64,000 nt of DNA, taken from assembly GCA_963801015.1 (NCBI GenBank), contig CAWDCV010000003.1:266886-330885 (forward strand), read 5' to 3'. Position numbers and translations under genes: made by a program. The notes under the pieces were generated by a model, which saw nothing but the letters and a program-made list of their open reading frames with translations, was not told where the DNA came from and made no database searches. The stretch comes from an uncultured Actinomycetota bacterium. GTDB lineage: Bacteria; Actinomycetota; Actinomycetes; CAWDCV01. Shown one piece after another: positions 44,871 to 54,449 of this stretch. Numbering within the stretch: the first letter of the stretch is position 1; each line of letters opens with the position of its first letter.

Positions 44871-45259
44871 CGCGTCGACCGCGAAGGTGGTTCCGCCCTG
44901 CATCTGCAGCGGTTCGTGCGGATGGTGGGTGAGGACGAAGACGGGCACGGAAACGGCGGGTCGTCACCCCACCAGCCCGTCCACGACTCATCCCATGGGC
45001 CTGGGCCTCCGCCGAACATCCCCCGATCCATGATCTCGGCACCGAAGGTGTCCATCGCCTCGGCGAGCACGTCGGCGTCCTGGTTCCGCGTCCCTCCTGG
45101 CATGTTGTGCCGTTCGTGGAAGCTCTCCAGGTCGTACGCCCACTCGTGCATACGTTCGCCACCGTCGCCCAGCGGCGCCTCGGTGCGCGGGTTGGGTCCG
45201 GCGACGAACCCATCGAGAGACATGCTGATGTCGAACGTGAGCTGTGACATGTCGATCAT
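44871..45259 (-). pseudogene. dihydrofolate reductase-family (RibD C-terminal domain) protein, frameshifted and 3'-truncated
   Basis: LTFDISMSLDGFVAGPNP...GAEIMDRGMFGGGPGPWDESWTGWWGDDPPF continues in another frame as VPVFVLTHHPHEPLQMQGGTTFAVD (shift near 44947-44953). It then breaks off and is fused in frame to the neighbouring fragment. Confidence 0.6.
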
Positions 45260-45278
45260 CAGGTGGCGTCAGGTTGCC

Positions 45279-46640
45279 TTAAGTGGAATTGCCCACCGAC
45301 GCATGCTCGGTCGGTGCATCTGATGCTTCTGATGAAGCCGGCTGTCCGTGCACATACCGGTCCGACAGCACGCGGTAGTACTTCGATCGCAACGCGACCA
45401 AGGACAGGACGAGCCCGATCACGCCAGTGATCGTGAAGACCAGCGCGATGCCTCGATCGGGTCCGGTGCCGAACCAGTCGCCAATCAGCTCGACTCCCGA
45501 ACCCGTGGTCATGAAGGGGATGAAAACGAACTGTGCGATCGGGCTGATGAGGAACGCCGTCAGCGGTGAGGCGGAGAGCTCGACGCTCTGCGCGAACCCG
45601 AAGACGCGTCCCTGCCGCTCGAACGGCACCACCTTCTGCAGCACTGTTTGCTCGGCCGCTTCGATAAGGGGGATGACGCAGAGGTAGACGAAGATGCCCA
45701 CCGTGAGCAGCACAATCGACGAGCGCAAGGAAAACGTGCACGAAATCAGCCAGATCACGACGTTCGCAAGCAGCAGCGAACGCAGCGGGTTCGCACCGAG
45801 ACCTCGCCGAGCGATCACCAGACCACCCACGATGAAGCCGGTGCTGAGAAATCCCCAGAGCAGCCCCCAGACCTCGACGGACACCAGCGACAAGCCGTAG
45901 GCGTCCAGCAGCGCCATGTACACGCCACCGAGGAGGTTGTTGATGGCGCTGAATGCGATGAGGGCGAACAAGCCGGGGATGGCGCCGATGACAGCGAGCG
46001 TCCCGCGAATGTCGATGCGCGGGCCGCTGCCGTCGTCGCTCGCAGCGACGCGGTCCTCGGGCATGCGTACCAGCGCCAGGTGCACGATGGACGCTGCCGT
46101 GACAACGATCGCGAGGATGAGCACGTACAGCATCCCGGACAGCCCGACGAGGATCCCGCTGATGACGGACGTCACGAGGAACGAGATCCCGGATGCCGTA
46201 CCCACCAGTCCATTGGCTCTATCGCGACGCTCCTCGGGGATCAGCAGCGTGACCGCGGTGGTCATGGCAATGGTGCGGATATTGCCGACGATGACGCCGG
46301 CCATGAGGAGCAGCGTGAACACCCACAGCGTCGGGCTCGCCGGATCGGCGAACGCGGCCCCGCCGACAACGACGTAGATCGCTAGGCAGATGCCGTACAG
46401 CACGAGTGACACCGCACTGGAGACGACCATCGCCACCTTCTTGCGGTGGTGATCGACCAGGCTGCCGAACCACAGTCCGGACAGTGCCGTGAAGGCGAGG
46501 TAGATGCCCGCGATGACGCCGGTGGCGAAGACAGATCGCGTTTCGAGGTAGACGAAGAACGTGATGGCGAACCACACGGTGAAGTTGATGACCGACACCA
46601 GCAGCGTGTTGGCCAGCAGGTGAAAGAACGTTCGCCCCAT
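45279..46640 (-). CDS. MFS transporter (macrolide-efflux/MFS_3-like)
   Basis: 453 aa, 12 TM. N-terminus FFHLLANTLLVSVINFTVWFAITFFVY and the GSLVDHHRKK loop are typical of this MFS subgroup. Confidence 0.85.
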   Translation of the reverse strand: MGRTFFHLLANTLLVSVINFTVWFAITFFVYLETRSVFATGVIAGIYLAFTALSGLWFGSLVDHHRKKVAMVVSSAVSLVLYGICLAIYVVVGGAAFADPASPTLWVFTLLLMAGVIVGNIRTIAMTTAVTLLIPEERRDRANGLVGTASGISFLVTSVISGILVGLSGMLYVLILAIVVTAASIVHLALVRMPEDRVAASDDGSGPRIDIRGTLAVIGAIPGLFALIAFSAINNLLGGVYMALLDAYGLSLVSVEVWGLLWGFLSTGFIVGGLVIARRGLGANPLRSLLLANVVIWLISCTFSLRSSIVLLTVGIFVYLCVIPLIEAAEQTVLQKVVPFERQGRVFGFAQSVELSASPLTAFLISPIAQFVFIPFMTTGSGVELIGDWFGTGPDRGIALVFTITGVIGLVLSLVALRSKYYRVLSDRYVHGQPASSEASDAPTEHASVGNST

Positions 46641-46653
46641 GCGGTGTCGGTGC

Positions 46654-47034
46654 TCAGCTGTCCTGTATTACGGCGAGGATGTTGCCGGCAGGATCGGTGA
46701 ACCATGCGATGGGTGGCCCCTCGTCCCCGCGGGCGATCCCCTTCTCGTCCTGCTCGAAGCCGTCGTATCTCACAAAGCTGACTCCGCGCTCAGTCAAGGT
46801 GTCGACCACCTGCTCGATGTCGTCGACAGGGAAATTGAGGATCGTGTACGTCGCCGGCGCGTGATCCGGCTTGGGATAAACCATGACGTCCCGACCGTCG
46901 GCGATCTGAAGACGCAGCAAGCCCATCTCCTCGACGTCGAAGACCGTCAGTCCAAGTGTCTGTCCGTAGAACGTCTTGGCCTGTTCCAGATCCGGTACGG
47001 CGAAACTGCTGAAACCCGCGGTGTTGCCGAGCAT
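46654..47034 (-). CDS. VOC (glyoxalase) family protein
   Basis: From ATG 47034: MLGNTAGFSSFAVPDLEQAKTFYGQTLGL...WFTDPAGNILAV. Confidence 0.8.
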   Translation of the reverse strand: MLGNTAGFSSFAVPDLEQAKTFYGQTLGLTVFDVEEMGLLRLQIADGRDVMVYPKPDHAPATYTILNFPVDDIEQVVDTLTERGVSFVRYDGFEQDEKGIARGDEGPPIAWFTDPAGNILAVIQDS

Positions 47035-47136
47035 GTCGTGTCCTCTCGTGTAGCCGATGACGGTGACAGGGAGTCTGGTACGCCCCGACGACATCCTGAC
47101 CGTCGGTCCACGCTGAACTCATCGGTTGCTGGTGAA

Positions 47137-47865
47137 CTATCCCGTCGCCATCACCAGAAGAGCCAGCGTCGTCGTGAGCTCAATGGCTGCACCAATCACG
47201 TCGCCGGTGATGCCGCCGAGTCGTTGCCTGCAACGCCGGACAAGGAGGGCCGCAGCACCTAGCGCGAGGAGTAGGGCGACCAGTCCCACCCAGCCCACCG
47301 CGAGGAGAGCTCCGCCAGCAACGACGAGTGCAGTGAGCACGATCAGTGGCCAGGAGGCGGTGCCAGCAACGAGGGCTCCCAGGCCGTCAGTGCGTGCGGC
47401 GGGCACGCCTCTGGCACAGCACACCAGAATGCTGAGCCGCCCAATGACGACGGCGACCAGAAGCGCCTGCCAGGACGCTTCGGCCAGCGACGTCACCTGG
47501 ATGAGCAGCACGAGGATGAGGGCGGTGACCCCGAACGGCCCGATGTCCGACGCGCGCATCACGGCGAGCGCACGGTCAGCTGGTCGCCGTGAACCGAGGC
47601 CATCCGCGGTGTCGGCGAGTCCGTCGAGGTGCAGGCCGCGGGTCAGGGCCGCCAGGCTGGCGAGGGCGAGTGCGGCCGCTGTCGGCGAGGAGAGGCCAAG
47701 TCGCTCAGCCAGCAGGAGAACGACGCTGCCCGCAGCACCGAGTGCTGCACCCACGGGGACGAACCACCACAGGGCCCGCTTGGCTACCTCGCGGTCGACG
47801 GCACCGACGTCACCTACGGGTACCGCGGTCAGCAGCCCGACGGCCAGCCGAAGCGCCGCCGTCAT
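47137..47865 (-). CDS. cobS: adenosylcobinamide-GDP ribazoletransferase
   Basis: [15 protein letters not shown] CobS signature, multi-TM. ATG 47865 overlaps the cobT stop (ATGA). Confidence 0.9.
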   Translation of the reverse strand: MTAALRLAVGLLTAVPVGDVGAVDREVAKRALWWFVPVGAALGAAGSVVLLLAERLGLSSPTAAALALASLAALTRGLHLDGLADTADGLGSRRPADRALAVMRASDIGPFGVTALILVLLIQVTSLAEASWQALLVAVVIGRLSILVCCARGVPAARTDGLGALVAGTASWPLIVLTALVVAGGALLAVGWVGLVALLLALGAAALLVRRCRQRLGGITGDVIGAAIELTTTLALLVMATG

Positions 47866-48929
47866 GCTGGCGCTACGCCCGCCTCGTCCAGCGTCGCCAT
47901 CTCGCGGAGCGTGGCACCTGCTGCAGCGAGAACGGGCAGCGCGACCAGAGCGCCGGTGCCCTCGCCCAGCCGCATGCCGTAGTCGACGACGGGTTCGAGG
48001 CCCAGCCGCAGGAGCGCGATGGAGTGCGCGGGCTCGGGCGAGCGGTGCCCGGCAAGCCACCAGCGAGCCGCGCCGGGTGCGATCCGGTGAGCGACCAGGG
48101 CTGCGGCACCGGAGACGACACCGTCGAGGACGACGGGCGTGCGCCGGACCGATGCCTGCACCAGCGCCCCGGCCATCGCAGCGATGTCGGCGCCGCCCGC
48201 GACGCTGAGCACGCGGACCGGATCACCGAGGTGGGGGCGAGTTCGGCGCAGTGCGTCGCGGACCACGGCGGCCTTGCGCATCCAGCCGTCGTCGTCGATA
48301 CCGGTGCCGCGACCGACGACGCTGGCGGCGTCGCTCGACGTGAGCGCGGCGACCAGGACCGCCGCGATCGTGGTATTGCCGATCCCCATGTCGCCGGTGA
48401 GGAGCAGGTCGGCGCCCGCGTCCACCTCGTCGTCGACGACGGCCCTCCCTGCCTGGATCGCCGCTGTCGCTTCGTCGTACGACAGCGCGTCCTCCACGTC
48501 GATGCGCCCGGACCCGCGCCGTATCTTCCACCGGGTTAGATCAGCAGGCAGATCGTCGAGGTCGGCGTCGACGGACAGGTCGAGCACGCGGACGGTCGCG
48601 CCGGCGAGCTGCGCCAGAACATTCACGGCAGCCCCACCGGCGACGAAGGTCCGCACCATGGCCGCGGTGACCTCGGCGGGATAGGCCGATACGCCTGCTG
48701 TCGCGACGCCGTGGTCGCCGGCGAAGATCAGCACGCGCGGGCGCGCGAACGGGCGTGGTGGGCAGGCATCCTGCACTCCGGCCAGCCAGATCGACAGGTC
48801 CTCGAGTCGGCCGAGCGCGCCAGCAGGCTTGGCGAGCAGCGCTTGCCGCTGCTTGGCGTCGGCGCGCGCCTGCTGCGAGGGAAGGGGAACGAGCTTCGCG
48901 ACGTCGCCGAGGTCGAGCGGTTCCGTCAC
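47862..48929 (-). CDS. cobT: nicotinate-nucleotide--dimethylbenzimidazole phosphoribosyltransferase
   Basis: [18 protein letters not shown]..., [20 protein letters not shown] are CobT motifs. GTGA overlap with the upstream cobU. Confidence 0.95.
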   Translation of the reverse strand: MTEPLDLGDVAKLVPLPSQQARADAKQRQALLAKPAGALGRLEDLSIWLAGVQDACPPRPFARPRVLIFAGDHGVATAGVSAYPAEVTAAMVRTFVAGGAAVNVLAQLAGATVRVLDLSVDADLDDLPADLTRWKIRRGSGRIDVEDALSYDEATAAIQAGRAVVDDEVDAGADLLLTGDMGIGNTTIAAVLVAALTSSDAASVVGRGTGIDDDGWMRKAAVVRDALRRTRPHLGDPVRVLSVAGGADIAAMAGALVQASVRRTPVVLDGVVSGAAALVAHRIAPGAARWWLAGHRSPEPAHSIALLRLGLEPVVDYGMRLGEGTGALVALPVLAAAGATLREMATLDEAGVAPA

Positions 48930-50227
48930 AGCCGCATGACCCTACCCGCGACCAGCAGCGCCACCTCGTCGGATTCGGCGGCGATGCGCGCGTTGAGCCG
49001 ACCCAGCTCGTCGCGGAAACGTCGCCCAGACTCGGTGGCGGGCACGACGCCGCTTCCGACCTCGTTGCTCACGGCGATCACGTTCGCCGTCGTCGCGCGC
49101 CAGGCGTCGATGAGGTCGTCGATACGGTCCTGCAGATCAGGCGCGTCGAGGTAGGCGCCGAGCCACAGCGTGAGGCAGTCGACGAGGACTGGCCCGGTGG
49201 CCTCTCGAAGCAGTGCTGCCAGCTCGACCGTCTCAATGGTCGTCCACTGCGGCGGCCGGCGGGCGCGGTGCGTGGTGACGCGTGCCACCCACTCCTCGTC
49301 CGCGGGATCGACAATGCTCGTGGCGACGTAGGTGACCTTCGGTTCGGCGGCGAAGCGTCGTTCCGCCTCGACCGACTTCCCCGATCGTGCTCCACCCAGG
49401 AGGAGCACCCGTCGGGGCGGTTTCTCGTCGGGCTCGCGCTGCCCCGCCTGCAGCACAGCGCCGTCCGGCACCACCCGAGCCCCCCATACGGACAATCGAC
49501 GCGACAGTTCTTGCGTCGGCGGGTTGCGATGTCCGAGGTGAATGGCGACGACGTCGGTGGCGGGCGTGATCGCACCGCTCCGGCGCAGTTCGGCCAACGT
49601 GCTCGGGAACGTCGTCAGGTCGAGGTGCCCCGTCGCATGCTCGGTCCAGTCGCCGCAGGTCTCCTCGAGCAGAACAGCGTCGTACGCCGCGTTCCGCGTG
49701 GCCTCGACGGCCGCGTCGGGCAAGGGCCCGGTGTCGGTGGCGTAGAGAATCCGCGCATTGTCGTGGGCAACGTCGTAGAGGACGGCATCGCGTTCATGGG
49801 CCGCGGGCAGGACGCGCACGTCGTATCCGGCTGCGTCGAGGCGGTCGCCGGCTCGTACGGGCCGAAGCCGTACCGGACCGTCGGGGCCGATCCAGTCCTG
49901 GCACGCCGTCAGCGCCGACGTGGGGCCGATCAGATCGAGCTGATCGGTCGCACCCGCCCAATGTCGCCATAGCAGCGCGGCCGGTCCGGTGTGATCGGGA
50001 TGGTCATGCGTGAGCAGGATTGCCCGCACGTCGCTCAGCGAGCGTCCGAACCGTTGGGCTGCGCGTGGCGCCTCTGGCCCGCAGTCGAGCATCAGCCGGC
50101 CGTCGACGAGAACGGCGGTCTGCCCACGAATCTCTCCCGTCCGGCGGGCGGCCACGCACGACGCGCACGTGCAGAACGGATTCGGCCAGCCGTCCGCACT
50201 GCCGGTTCCGAGCAGTACCAGCTCCAT
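48926..50227 (-). CDS. cobU: MBL-fold hydrolase domain fused to adenosylcobinamide kinase/adenosylcobinamide-phosphate guanylyltransferase
   Basis: N-terminal half: [12 protein letters not shown] (HxHxDH MBL motif). C-terminal ~175 aa: [13 protein letters not shown]-loop, [28 protein letters not shown] (CobU/CobP). ATG 50227. Confidence 0.85.
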   Translation of the reverse strand: MELVLLGTGSADGWPNPFCTCASCVAARRTGEIRGQTAVLVDGRLMLDCGPEAPRAAQRFGRSLSDVRAILLTHDHPDHTGPAALLWRHWAGATDQLDLIGPTSALTACQDWIGPDGPVRLRPVRAGDRLDAAGYDVRVLPAAHERDAVLYDVAHDNARILYATDTGPLPDAAVEATRNAAYDAVLLEETCGDWTEHATGHLDLTTFPSTLAELRRSGAITPATDVVAIHLGHRNPPTQELSRRLSVWGARVVPDGAVLQAGQREPDEKPPRRVLLLGGARSGKSVEAERRFAAEPKVTYVATSIVDPADEEWVARVTTHRARRPPQWTTIETVELAALLREATGPVLVDCLTLWLGAYLDAPDLQDRIDDLIDAWRATTANVIAVSNEVGSGVVPATESGRRFRDELGRLNARIAAESDEVALLVAGRVMRL

Positions 50228-50241
50228 TAGCGTTGGCTCCC

Positions 50242-50451
50242 ATGGTGTGGACGTGGCGGTACGAGGACGGCAACGGCAATCCTGTCGATCGGCCGGGCGC
50301 ACCGCGCGAAGACTTTCCCACGCAGGCGGATGCCGAGTCGTGGCTCGGCGAGACCTGGCGCGACCTGCTGGCCAGCGGGGTCGACCAGGTGACGCTGCTG
50401 GACGGTGACCGCGTTGTCTACTCCGGGATGAGCCTGCACCCGGCGGACTGA
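50242..50451 (+). CDS. small hypothetical protein
   Basis: 69 aa from ATG 50242 (MVWTWRYEDGNGNPVDRPGAPREDFPTQADAESWLGETWRDLLASGVDQVTLLDGDRVVYSGMSL). Coding-like composition; divergent from cobU. Confidence 0.5.
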   Translation: MVWTWRYEDGNGNPVDRPGAPREDFPTQADAESWLGETWRDLLASGVDQVTLLDGDRVVYSGMSLHPAD

Positions 50452-50597
50452 AGCCGGCCAGAGGGAGACCAGCGCGTCAACTGGTTCCGCTTGTACACGA
50501 CACGCCGAACGATGCCGTACGCGAGGAACCAGGCAATGACCCGCGGCGATCAGGGTCCAACGTCCGGGACTTTCTCGGGCTGCTGCCCCGACGACGA

Positions 50598-51596
50598 TCA
50601 GGGACGACGCTTCGGGCTCACGGTCTTGGCTGCGTCGCGCTCGACCACCGGGTCGAGGATCTCGTCGATGCGCTTCAGCAGGTCGGCGTCCAGTTTCTTG
50701 CCGGCAGCGCCGGCGTTGTCGACGACCTGCTCCGGACGGCTGGCGCCGATGATGGCCGCGGAGACGTTGTCGTTCTGCAGCACCCATGCGGTGGCGAGCT
50801 GAGCCATGGACAGACCGGCGTCGTCGGCGATCGGCTGCAGTCGCTGCACACGAGTGAGTACGTCGTCGGTGAGGTAGCGGCGAATCATGTTGGCACCGCC
50901 CTTGTCGTCGGTCGCTCGCGACCCAGCAGGTGGCTGCTCACCCGGTCGGTACTTCCCGGTGAGGATGCCCTGAGCGATAGGGGAGAACACGATTTGCCCG
51001 ACCCCGAGCTCCTCAGACGTCGGGACGACGCGGCTCTCGATGACGCGCCACAGCATCGAGTACTGAGGCTGGTTCGACACCAGCGAGACACCGAGCTGCC
51101 GAGCGAGGTCCACGCCGGCACGGATCTGGTCGGCGGTCCACTCCGAGACACCGACGTACAGCGCTTTGCCCGCACGGACGACGTCGGCGAACGCCTGCAT
51201 CGTCTCCTCGAGCGGCGTCTCGTTGTCGTATCGATGCGCCTGGTAGACGTCGACGTACTCCATCTGGAGCCGGCGCAGCGAGGCGTCGATTGATTCCAGG
51301 ATGTGCTTGCGCGACAGACCGCGGTCGTTCTTGCCCGGACCCATCGACCAGAAGACCTTGGTGAGGACCTCCAGGCCCTCGCGCCGCTCGCCCTGCAGCG
51401 TGCGACCGAGGACCTCCTCAGCGCGACCACCGGCGTAGACGTCGGCGGTGTCGAACGTGGTGATGCCCGCGTCGAGGGCGGCGCGTACGCAAGCTTGCGC
51501 CGCGTCCTCCTCCACTTGCGAGCCGTGGGTCAGCCAGTTGCCATATGCGATCTCGCTGACGATGAGCCCGCTGTCGCCGAGGTGTCGAAACTCCAT
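50598..51596 (-). CDS. aldo/keto reductase (Kv-beta-like subgroup)
   Basis: MEFRHLGDSGLIVSEIAYGNW..., FDTADVYAGG, VDVYQAHRYD, SNQPQYSMLWR. Confidence 0.9.
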   Translation of the reverse strand: MEFRHLGDSGLIVSEIAYGNWLTHGSQVEEDAAQACVRAALDAGITTFDTADVYAGGRAEEVLGRTLQGERREGLEVLTKVFWSMGPGKNDRGLSRKHILESIDASLRRLQMEYVDVYQAHRYDNETPLEETMQAFADVVRAGKALYVGVSEWTADQIRAGVDLARQLGVSLVSNQPQYSMLWRVIESRVVPTSEELGVGQIVFSPIAQGILTGKYRPGEQPPAGSRATDDKGGANMIRRYLTDDVLTRVQRLQPIADDAGLSMAQLATAWVLQNDNVSAAIIGASRPEQVVDNAGAAGKKLDADLLKRIDEILDPVVERDAAKTVSPKRRP

Positions 51597-51627
51597 GCCT
51601 CAACCCTAGGTGCGCAGCGTCGATCCC

Positions 51628-52218
51628 TCAGATCGTGGCGCCGGGCTTCACCTGAGGCTTGGGAAGGCGCAGCCGGCGCAGCTGCATGCTGCGCAACAGC
51701 GCATACGACGTCGTGCCCTTGGTTTGCTCGTCGGGGAAACGCTGCTCGACCGTCTTGCGCAGGCCGCGAGCGAGGAGGAACGAATCGACGATGACCACGG
51801 CAAGCAGCACCAGCCAGAGCAGGATGCCGATGCTGTAGACGACCTCGTTGCGTACGAACGTGGCGAGCAGGACGACGAGCGCGACCGGCAGGAAGAACTC
51901 CGCTGCGCTGCGTCGGGAGTCCACATAGTTGCGCGCCAACCGCCGGACCGGCCCACGATCACGGGCCGGCAGGTTCTTCTCCTCGCCCGTCAGCAGCGCC
52001 TGTCGCGAGGCCATCCGCTCCTGCCGGGCACGCTCACGGGTGCGGCGGTACGCCTCCTTGCGATCCTTCGGCGCGCGGACAGCCTGGCGGCGCTGTTGCT
52101 CCGCGTCGCGACGCTTCGGGGTGGGCCGTCCCTTGCCGACCTCGGGGGTCTCCCCGACGTCCATCGGGGTCGCAGTCTCGGTGCTGCTCGAGCGCCGGCG
52201 GAGGAGGGGACGGATCAC
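51628..52218 (-). CDS. DUF3043 domain-containing membrane protein
   Basis: GKGRPTPKRRDAEQQRRQ...LPARDRGPVRRLARNYVDSRRSAAEFFLP plus two TM helices. GTG 52218 chosen; the upstream ORF extension runs into the pspA promoter region. Confidence 0.8.
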   Translation of the reverse strand: MIRPLLRRRSSSTETATPMDVGETPEVGKGRPTPKRRDAEQQRRQAVRAPKDRKEAYRRTRERARQERMASRQALLTGEEKNLPARDRGPVRRLARNYVDSRRSAAEFFLPVALVVLLATFVRNEVVYSIGILLWLVLLAVVIVDSFLLARGLRKTVEQRFPDEQTKGTTSYALLRSMQLRRLRLPKPQVKPGATI

Positions 52219-52350
52219 GCCATCAGGATAAGGGCCGGATCCGGGGCGCGGGCCCTCGCCGAGGCTGCGACGGCGCCCTAGGGTGGGGGACCGGGATTGA
52301 TTCCTGCGCCTGAACCACGGCCACACATATGAAGGAGGCGGCCGCAGCCC

Positions 52351-53184
52351 ATGGGTGTCATGAAGCGGATGTCCATGATCTTCCGTAGCAAGGCGAACCG
52401 CGTCCTCGACAAGGCCGAGGATCCGCGCGAGACGCTCGACTACTCCTATCAAAAGCAGCTAGAGCTGCTCCAAAAGGTCCGCCGCGGCGTCGCCGACGTC
52501 GCCACCTCCCGCAAGCGCATCGAGCTCCAACTGCAGCAACTGCAGGCGCAGTCCGACAAGCTCGAGGATCAGGGTCGCAAAGCGCTGGCGGTCGGCCGTG
52601 AGGACCTTGCACGCGAAGCGCTGACGCGTCGCTCCGGTGTCCAGCAGCAGATGCAGGACCTGCAGACGCAGTACGTCTCCCTGCAGGGCGAGGAGGAGAA
52701 GCTGACGCTCGCCTCGCAGCGCCTCCAGGCCAAGGTGGACGCCTTCCGCACCCGCAAGGAGACGATCAAGGCCACGTACACCGCCGCCGAGGCGCAGACC
52801 CGCATCGGCGAGGCGTTCTCCGGCATCTCCGAGGAGATGAGCGACGTCGGGCTGGCGATGCAACGGGCGGAGGAGAAGACCCAGACGCTGCAGGCACGCG
52901 CAGGTGCGATCGACGAACTGCTCGCCTCCGGGGCGCTCGACGACCCGACCGGCATGGCGAAGGACGACATCACTGCCGAGCTCGACCGGCTGTCGTCCAC
53001 GCAGGACGTCGAGCTGGAACTGCGCCGCCTGAAGGGCGAGCTGCCCTCCGGCGCATCCGCGGCTGAGCTCGAAGCGGGCACGAGTGTCACCACGCCGACG
53101 GAGGCAACGGCGACCCCCATCCCGGCGGAACCTATGGAGCCGGCCGCACCGCGGCAGCCCGAGCGGCAGGGAGATGCAACGTGA
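52351..53184 (+). CDS. pspA: PspA/IM30 family protein
   Basis: MIFRSKANRVLDKAEDPRETLDYSYQKQLELLQKVRRGVADVATSRKR... is the canonical PspA N-terminus and coiled coil. GAAGGAGG lies upstream. Confidence 0.9.
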   Translation: MGVMKRMSMIFRSKANRVLDKAEDPRETLDYSYQKQLELLQKVRRGVADVATSRKRIELQLQQLQAQSDKLEDQGRKALAVGREDLAREALTRRSGVQQQMQDLQTQYVSLQGEEEKLTLASQRLQAKVDAFRTRKETIKATYTAAEAQTRIGEAFSGISEEMSDVGLAMQRAEEKTQTLQARAGAIDELLASGALDDPTGMAKDDITAELDRLSSTQDVELELRRLKGELPSGASAAELEAGTSVTTPTEATATPIPAEPMEPAAPRQPERQGDAT

Positions 53185-53459
53185 TCGTCCGCATTCTCGG
53201 TGAGGGCCAGTTCGAGGTCGGCGACGACGGCGTGGCCGACCTCAACCGACTCGACCAGGACCTCCAACGCGCGCTCGACGGCGACGACGACGCGGCATTC
53301 CGGTCGGCGCTGTCTGCGCTCTTAGCGAAGGTGCGCGAGTCGGGCATTCCGCTGGCGCTTGACGCGTTGGAACCATCAGACCTGATCCTTCCGGCTGAGG
53401 ACGCCCACGTCGACGAGGTACGCGACATGCTCGGCAACGAGGGCCTGATCCCTGGGTAA
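53181..53459 (+). CDS. PspA-associated small acidic protein (PspAA-like)
   Basis: 92 aa, MIVRILGEGQFEVGDDGVADLNRLDQDLQRAL... GTGA overlap with pspA. The sequence pattern matches what I recall of actinobacterial PspAA. Confidence 0.65.
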   Translation: MIVRILGEGQFEVGDDGVADLNRLDQDLQRALDGDDDAAFRSALSALLAKVRESGIPLALDALEPSDLILPAEDAHVDEVRDMLGNEGLIPG

Positions 53460-53513
53460 TTCCGTGGTTCAACTCAGCTGACTGAGCAACGAAAGGAAGC
53501 TCCCGACACCGCG

Positions 53514-54434
53514 ATGGCCCACTCTCGCTACGCCCCCGATCGTGGCTTGTCGGCCCGTATGGGCCTCACCATGTTCCTGCTCGGGTTGCTCTACATCGTT
53601 TTGTTCGTCGTCATCGGCTGGGCGCTCGGCGGTACCAGCAGCGCCTGGGTCATTGCGCTCGTGGTGTCTGCGGCCGCCCTGTGGGCGCAGTGGTTCTTCT
53701 CCGATCGGCTGGCGCTGTACTCCATGCGCGGGCGGATCGTCACCCCGCAGGAAGCACCACAGCTGCACGCGATCGTCGACCGGCTGTGTGCGCTGGCCGA
53801 CATGCCGAAGCCGCAGGTCGCGATCGCCGACGTCGACATCCCCAACGCCTTCGCCACCGGACGGTCGCCGAAGCGCGCAGTCGTCTGCGCCACCACCGGG
53901 CTCATGCGTCGCCTCGACGACCGTGAGCTCGAAGGCGTCCTCTCTCACGAGCTGTCGCACGTCGCCCACCGTGACGTCACGGTCATGACCATCGCGTCGT
54001 TCGTCGGTGTGCTTGCCGGTTTCCTCACCCGGATCGGGATCTTCTCGGGTATGGGTGGCGGCCGCGACCGCGACAGCAATGCGGCAGTCGTCCTTCTGGT
54101 CGTGACGCTGGTCAGCGTGCTCGTCTATGCCGTCAGCTTCCTGCTCATCCGCGTGCTGTCCCGCTATCGCGAGCTGTCCGCAGACCGTACTGGCGCCTTG
54201 CTCACCGGGCAGCCGTCGGCGCTGGCGAGCGCACTGGTCAAGATCAACGGTGACATGGGTCGCATCCCCACCCGCGACCTGCGGCAGGCCGAGGCCTTCA
54301 ACGCGTTCTTCTTCGCCCCCGCCATTGCCAAGGGAACCAGCCTCTCCTCGCTGTTCTCGACGCACCCGCCGCTGGAGCAGCGGCTCGCACAGCTGAACCG
54401 CATCTCGGCGCAGCTCGGGCGCGCGGCCGGCTAG
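53514..54434 (+). CDS. htpX: zinc metalloprotease HtpX
   Basis: HELSHVAHRD zinc motif, 4 TM, C-terminal STHPPLEQRLAQL. Confidence 0.95.
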   Translation: MAHSRYAPDRGLSARMGLTMFLLGLLYIVLFVVIGWALGGTSSAWVIALVVSAAALWAQWFFSDRLALYSMRGRIVTPQEAPQLHAIVDRLCALADMPKPQVAIADVDIPNAFATGRSPKRAVVCATTGLMRRLDDRELEGVLSHELSHVAHRDVTVMTIASFVGVLAGFLTRIGIFSGMGGGRDRDSNAAVVLLVVTLVSVLVYAVSFLLIRVLSRYRELSADRTGALLTGQPSALASALVKINGDMGRIPTRDLRQAEAFNAFFFAPAIAKGTSLSSLFSTHPPLEQRLAQLNRISAQLGRAAG

Positions 54435-54449
54435 GCGTCTGATCGTTCG

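Noticed and set aside
47126-48539. Plus-strand ORFs 47126-48208 (360 aa) and 47589-48539 (316 aa)
   Set aside because: They are antisense to cobS/cobT, with Arg/Ala/Pro-rich junk translations.
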